Made by a program: the position numbers and the translations under genes
The notes under the pieces: generated by a model
Databases searched by the model: none
Seen by the model: only the letters and a program-made list of their open reading frames with translations
What the model was told of the DNA's origin: nothing
Shown here: positions 60,078 to 64,000 of the stretch, one piece after another
Numbering within the stretch: position 1 is the stretch's first letter
Layout of the letters: every line of letters begins with the position of its first letter
Origin: Eledone cirrhosa
Lineage: Eukaryota
Reading direction: 5' to 3'
Length of the DNA stretch: 64,000 nt
NCBI GenBank assembly: GCA_964016885.1
Contig: OZ024764.1
Location: 5,394,001 to 5,458,000 of the forward strand

Positions 60078-63000
60078 ACACTGACATAAACATACCGCCA
60101 CAAATGACAACCAGACCAACAACACAATCACCACCAACACAACCAGACATTTCACCAACAAAACAAACACCCACACCACCACAATCACAAACCCCAACCA
60201 CAAAAAGAAAACTACAAACAGAAATAGCACACGGAAAAAAAAAAAACACATTACACATATATAAGAACCACAAACAAAAAACTGGTGGAAACTGTCCGAA
60301 AGGACCTGACCATCCAAACAGGAGGGAAAACCCACCCACAAACCTGAAACAAATTTGGGTCACAACCCTACAAAACGAAACTATGAGACAGAACTTCCCA
60401 CATGATGTGGGCCCTCCTTGTCAAAAATGCCTTAATTGTGTTCTGCTAAAAGGAATCCCTCCCTCCCTAAACACCCCCAATCTGGACATGAAGATCAAAC
60501 AACCCAACCTCCAGGAAACTAAAAGTTCCTGCCTTTTTCTCTCTCTAACTCTTCTTCACCAACATGGCGACTATACAAGTTGGATGTTTGAATATACGTG
60601 GCCTAGGCATGCCCTGGAAACAGGGCCAGGTTCTAAATGATTTCAAGTCACACTGTATAGATGTGATAGCCGTCACCGAGTCCAGGATTCATAACAAGCA
60701 GCAGTTAACCCCCATGTTAGATGACTTTGAGATCTACGCATCTCTCTGTCAGCCAGAAGGTAGAGGGCGAGTTGCTGTTTTGTTTCAGAAAAACTTGGAT
60801 CTCAAAGTACTTGGACTCAGAGGGCAATTTGGTGGTCCTAGATGTGAATGGTGGTGAAGATGGAGCTTTCTGACTGGTGGCCATATATGCCCTGAATAGA
60901 ACATCGTGACCAGAGTTCTTTAAGCGTCTGCAGCCATTCCTGGGAACGTCTCACTCTTTACTGTTAGCGGGGGACTGGAATGGCATCTTAGATACACGTT
61001 GGGACTATGTAGGAGCTTGTGATAATAGAGGGGGGGGGGGTGTAATAGCCTCAAATATCTTATCAGCCAATTCCAAATGGCTGATAGATATCGACTAGAT
61101 TTCCCAAGTGCACCACTGTGGACGTGGAGCAACCGCACTGGGCCTTCTAGATCGTATTTAGATAGATTTCTAATTAGAAGAAACGAGAGGGAAACGTTAA
61201 GCTGTCCATAAATGCACATAGTTGCCTATTCAGACCACAAATTAATGACCTGCATAGTCAACACAGACAAGGACCTGGATACTGGAAGCTAAACATGTCG
61301 TTCCCAACACGTAAAGCCTACAGTAAACGCATTAGCACTTTAGTTAAACGCCAGTTGATGTGGGGACATCATCAACAACAGCTGGAGGTGCTCTCTCAAG
61401 AGAGCAATTAGAGTAGAACAAAACTGAAAAAGAACTGGTAGCCAAAGTAGAAGAGACACTTAGGAATGGCAGTACAGCTGACGTGCTAGCAGCGAGTTCT
61501 TCAACATGAAACACGAAGGTTGTATTGTCAGAAGTAGAACACATGCTCTAAGAAATGAGGAAGCCAAAGCTGTTAGCTGGGCCCATATGGCAGAGGCGAA
61601 GAGTGGCAACAAATCCACAATTCGGCCTTTGCAAGACAAAGATGGACGCATTTTACTTGAATCCAAGCAGATGTGCACGGCCATCCAACAGCACTTTACA
61701 CAATTGTTCGGGCAAAGCAGTATGTCAAGGGAGGTGATGGACTTCAGTTCCTACCTCGATCGCCTACCATGACTCTCGAGGACGGATGCAGAGAGCCGCG
61801 AAAGGCCGATCACAGCGGGCGAAATAGAAGATGCCCTATGCTGCTATGGGAAACGCAAATCGCCAGGTTTAGATGGTCTACCCTATGAGTTTTACATAGG
61901 CATGCCAGACTTGTTCTCTGGCGTCCTCGAAGCAGTCTACTGCAACTGGCAGCAGAACAGGAGGATTCCCAGTGCTGTAGGCAGAGGTATAGTAACGCTG
62001 ATCAGGAAAGATGAGAACAAGGGGGGGGGGGTTAAGATAAACAATTTCAGGGCTATAGCTCTGCTCAACACAGGGTTAAAGATTTTGGCCAAGGTGTTAG
62101 CAACGAGGCTGGTGCTTGTCGTCGAGAACCTGGAGGGGGAAGCACAAACGTGTACAATCCCAACCACGTCCATACACGACAATCTCCACCTCATGCGATA
62201 CATCATAGAGAGTGTAGGGTGTAAACCTGACTTCGGTGGGGCTTTGATCAATTTAGATCAGTCTAAGGCATTTGATAGGGTCGACCATCAATACTTAGAA
62301 GCGGTTCTCAAGATGGCAGACTTTGGTCCAGTCTTCAGAGGCTGGATTGCTGCCATGCACACCAGCATCTGCTCGGCAATCAAGGTGAATGCGTTCCATC
62401 CATCGAGGATGCCCCCTCTCCTCCATTCTGTATGTGCTGACTCTCAAGCCACTACTACAGAAATTGGAACTATTGCAAGGCATCCCAATCAAACCAGGAA
62501 TGCGAAAAGCAGCATCGGCCTATGCTGACGACGTGACCGTAATGGTGTCGAAAGCCTCGGAAATCAGGGTAATCAACAACTTATTACAGAAATATGAAAC
62601 GTTGACAGGAGCAAGACTAAAACTGATCAAGTCTTTTGGTTTGCAACTCGGTACATGGAGAGGCAAACCCATGCCTTCCGACAGCGTCGTTGGACGCTGG
62701 ACAGAAGGACCAGTGAAATTGCTCAGGGTCTGGTTTGGACCAAACCTCAAGGTGGACAAAAACTGGAACGAGGTCACGGCGAAGGTGTTTGCACTCACCC
62801 AGAAGTGGGCTGAGTGCAAACTCTCCTTAAAAGGTCGAGCAGAGGTAGCAAACACTTACATAGCTTCCGCCATCTACTGCCACTTGACAGTTGTGCCTTG
62901 CTCCCGTGATCACCTCACCAAGATGAAGCATCTTCGCTTCAAATTCCTCTGGAAGAGGCTCCATTGGTGAGGAGATCCATCTGCTGTCAACACCCTTCTA

Positions 63001-64000
63001 AAGGAGGGCTGGGCATGCCGTGGCTGATGATACGCAGACATGCGCTGAGGCTACGCCATCTCCAGATATTCCTGACCAGCGAACCGGTGTGGTTGTTGTT
63101 TGTGAGACAAGCTCTCCCACAACTCGACTCACTAACAGAGCTGCAGCCTTGGGTCAAGCGAAGACCGAAAATGGGCGCCTGGCACCTCAAGTGCCTTCAG
63201 GCATTCACAGCCCTCTACCAAGTGGAAATCATCGGAGACTCCACATCGACCTTCTATAGGGGATTAGTGGAGGATAAGTGCAACGATGTTCTCTGGGAAA
63301 CTCTAGTCATTGAGGAAGACAAACTGACCAGTCTGTTCGGGAGGACTTTCCGCCCAGGGCCTATGGATAGCTTCCAGAGGTCTCTGGGCTGGCAGTGCTA
63401 CCGAGGAGCTCTACCAGTTCGACACAAAATCTACAGGCACAGACGCCCTGGCAGAGATCCTGCCAAAAGGACCTGTCCAAGATGCGAGCAGGACATCAAA
63501 ACCGTTCTGCCCATAATTGTTCAGTGCCCAGGGATGACCGACCTGTGGAATTATGTCGAACAGCTACTATCACGTGTGGGATACATGCAGTTGTCAGCCG
63601 AGTTCATCGTGAGGATCACCCCACCACCTTCATATATGAATGAAGGAGAGGCAGTTTTCCTGTCTGGTGGCTATGGTGAAAGAGGTAATATGGTGGGCGA
63701 GGTTAAAAGGACTGAGGGCAAACACCTTTCTCTCCGGACTACGACTTATCCCCTTCTTTAAGTATCACTTCAGAAGGAAGAGAGAGAGAAGTGCTACACC
63801 CCAGTAAATTCACTGAAAGGTGGGTGAATGTGGCAAAAATGGCCCGATTGAATGGGCCTTCTCTGTATATAAACCTGTAGGTTGAGGAAGATAAACAAAG
63901 CGAAGACGGGAACACCTACAAAAAGTCTTCCTGGTGTTAAGGGTTGTTCTATCTACAGGGTGTAAAACAACCCTGCAGTAACGTTCCCCCCTATTGGGGA
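60078..64000 (+). mobile_element. Second, more decayed L1/Tx1-clade LINE (ORF1 3' part and ORF2)
   Basis: Collinear with 29600-33600: MATIQVGCLNIRG, LDQSKAFD, YADD, CPRC; many frameshifts and stops. Confidence 0.9.

Overview
Repeat-dense animal genomic DNA. The repeat repertoire (RTE LINEs with (ATG)n tails, CORE- and Meta-type tRNA SINEs, long (TA)n tracts) suggests a coleoid cephalopod such as Octopus; this is an inference. The ORF track largely misses the one host gene, a + strand M13 (neprilysin/ECE-like) type II membrane peptidase. I reconstructed 14 phase-compatible GT-AG exons between 5500 and 59997 (about 1370 nt), encoding a TM anchor, ACEDFWKY, AKRLYTSC, DWLD and VNAFY; the 5' end and the HExxH-containing 3' end lie outside the window. 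The introns hold many RTE LINE copies, a CR1-like LINE with an open ORF2, two L1/Tx1-like LINEs, a Penelope-like RT/GIY-YIG element, SINEs, MITEs and satellites. Most notable: (1) several type I hammerhead ribozyme motifs sitting in inverted-repeat (palindromic) modules; (2) a C4HC3 PHD-like finger inserted inside the RT domain of the RTE families; (3) a piggyBac-like MITE that seeds a 72-bp satellite and lies next to an exon in all four copies. Coordinates were counted by hand and repeat boundaries are approximate.
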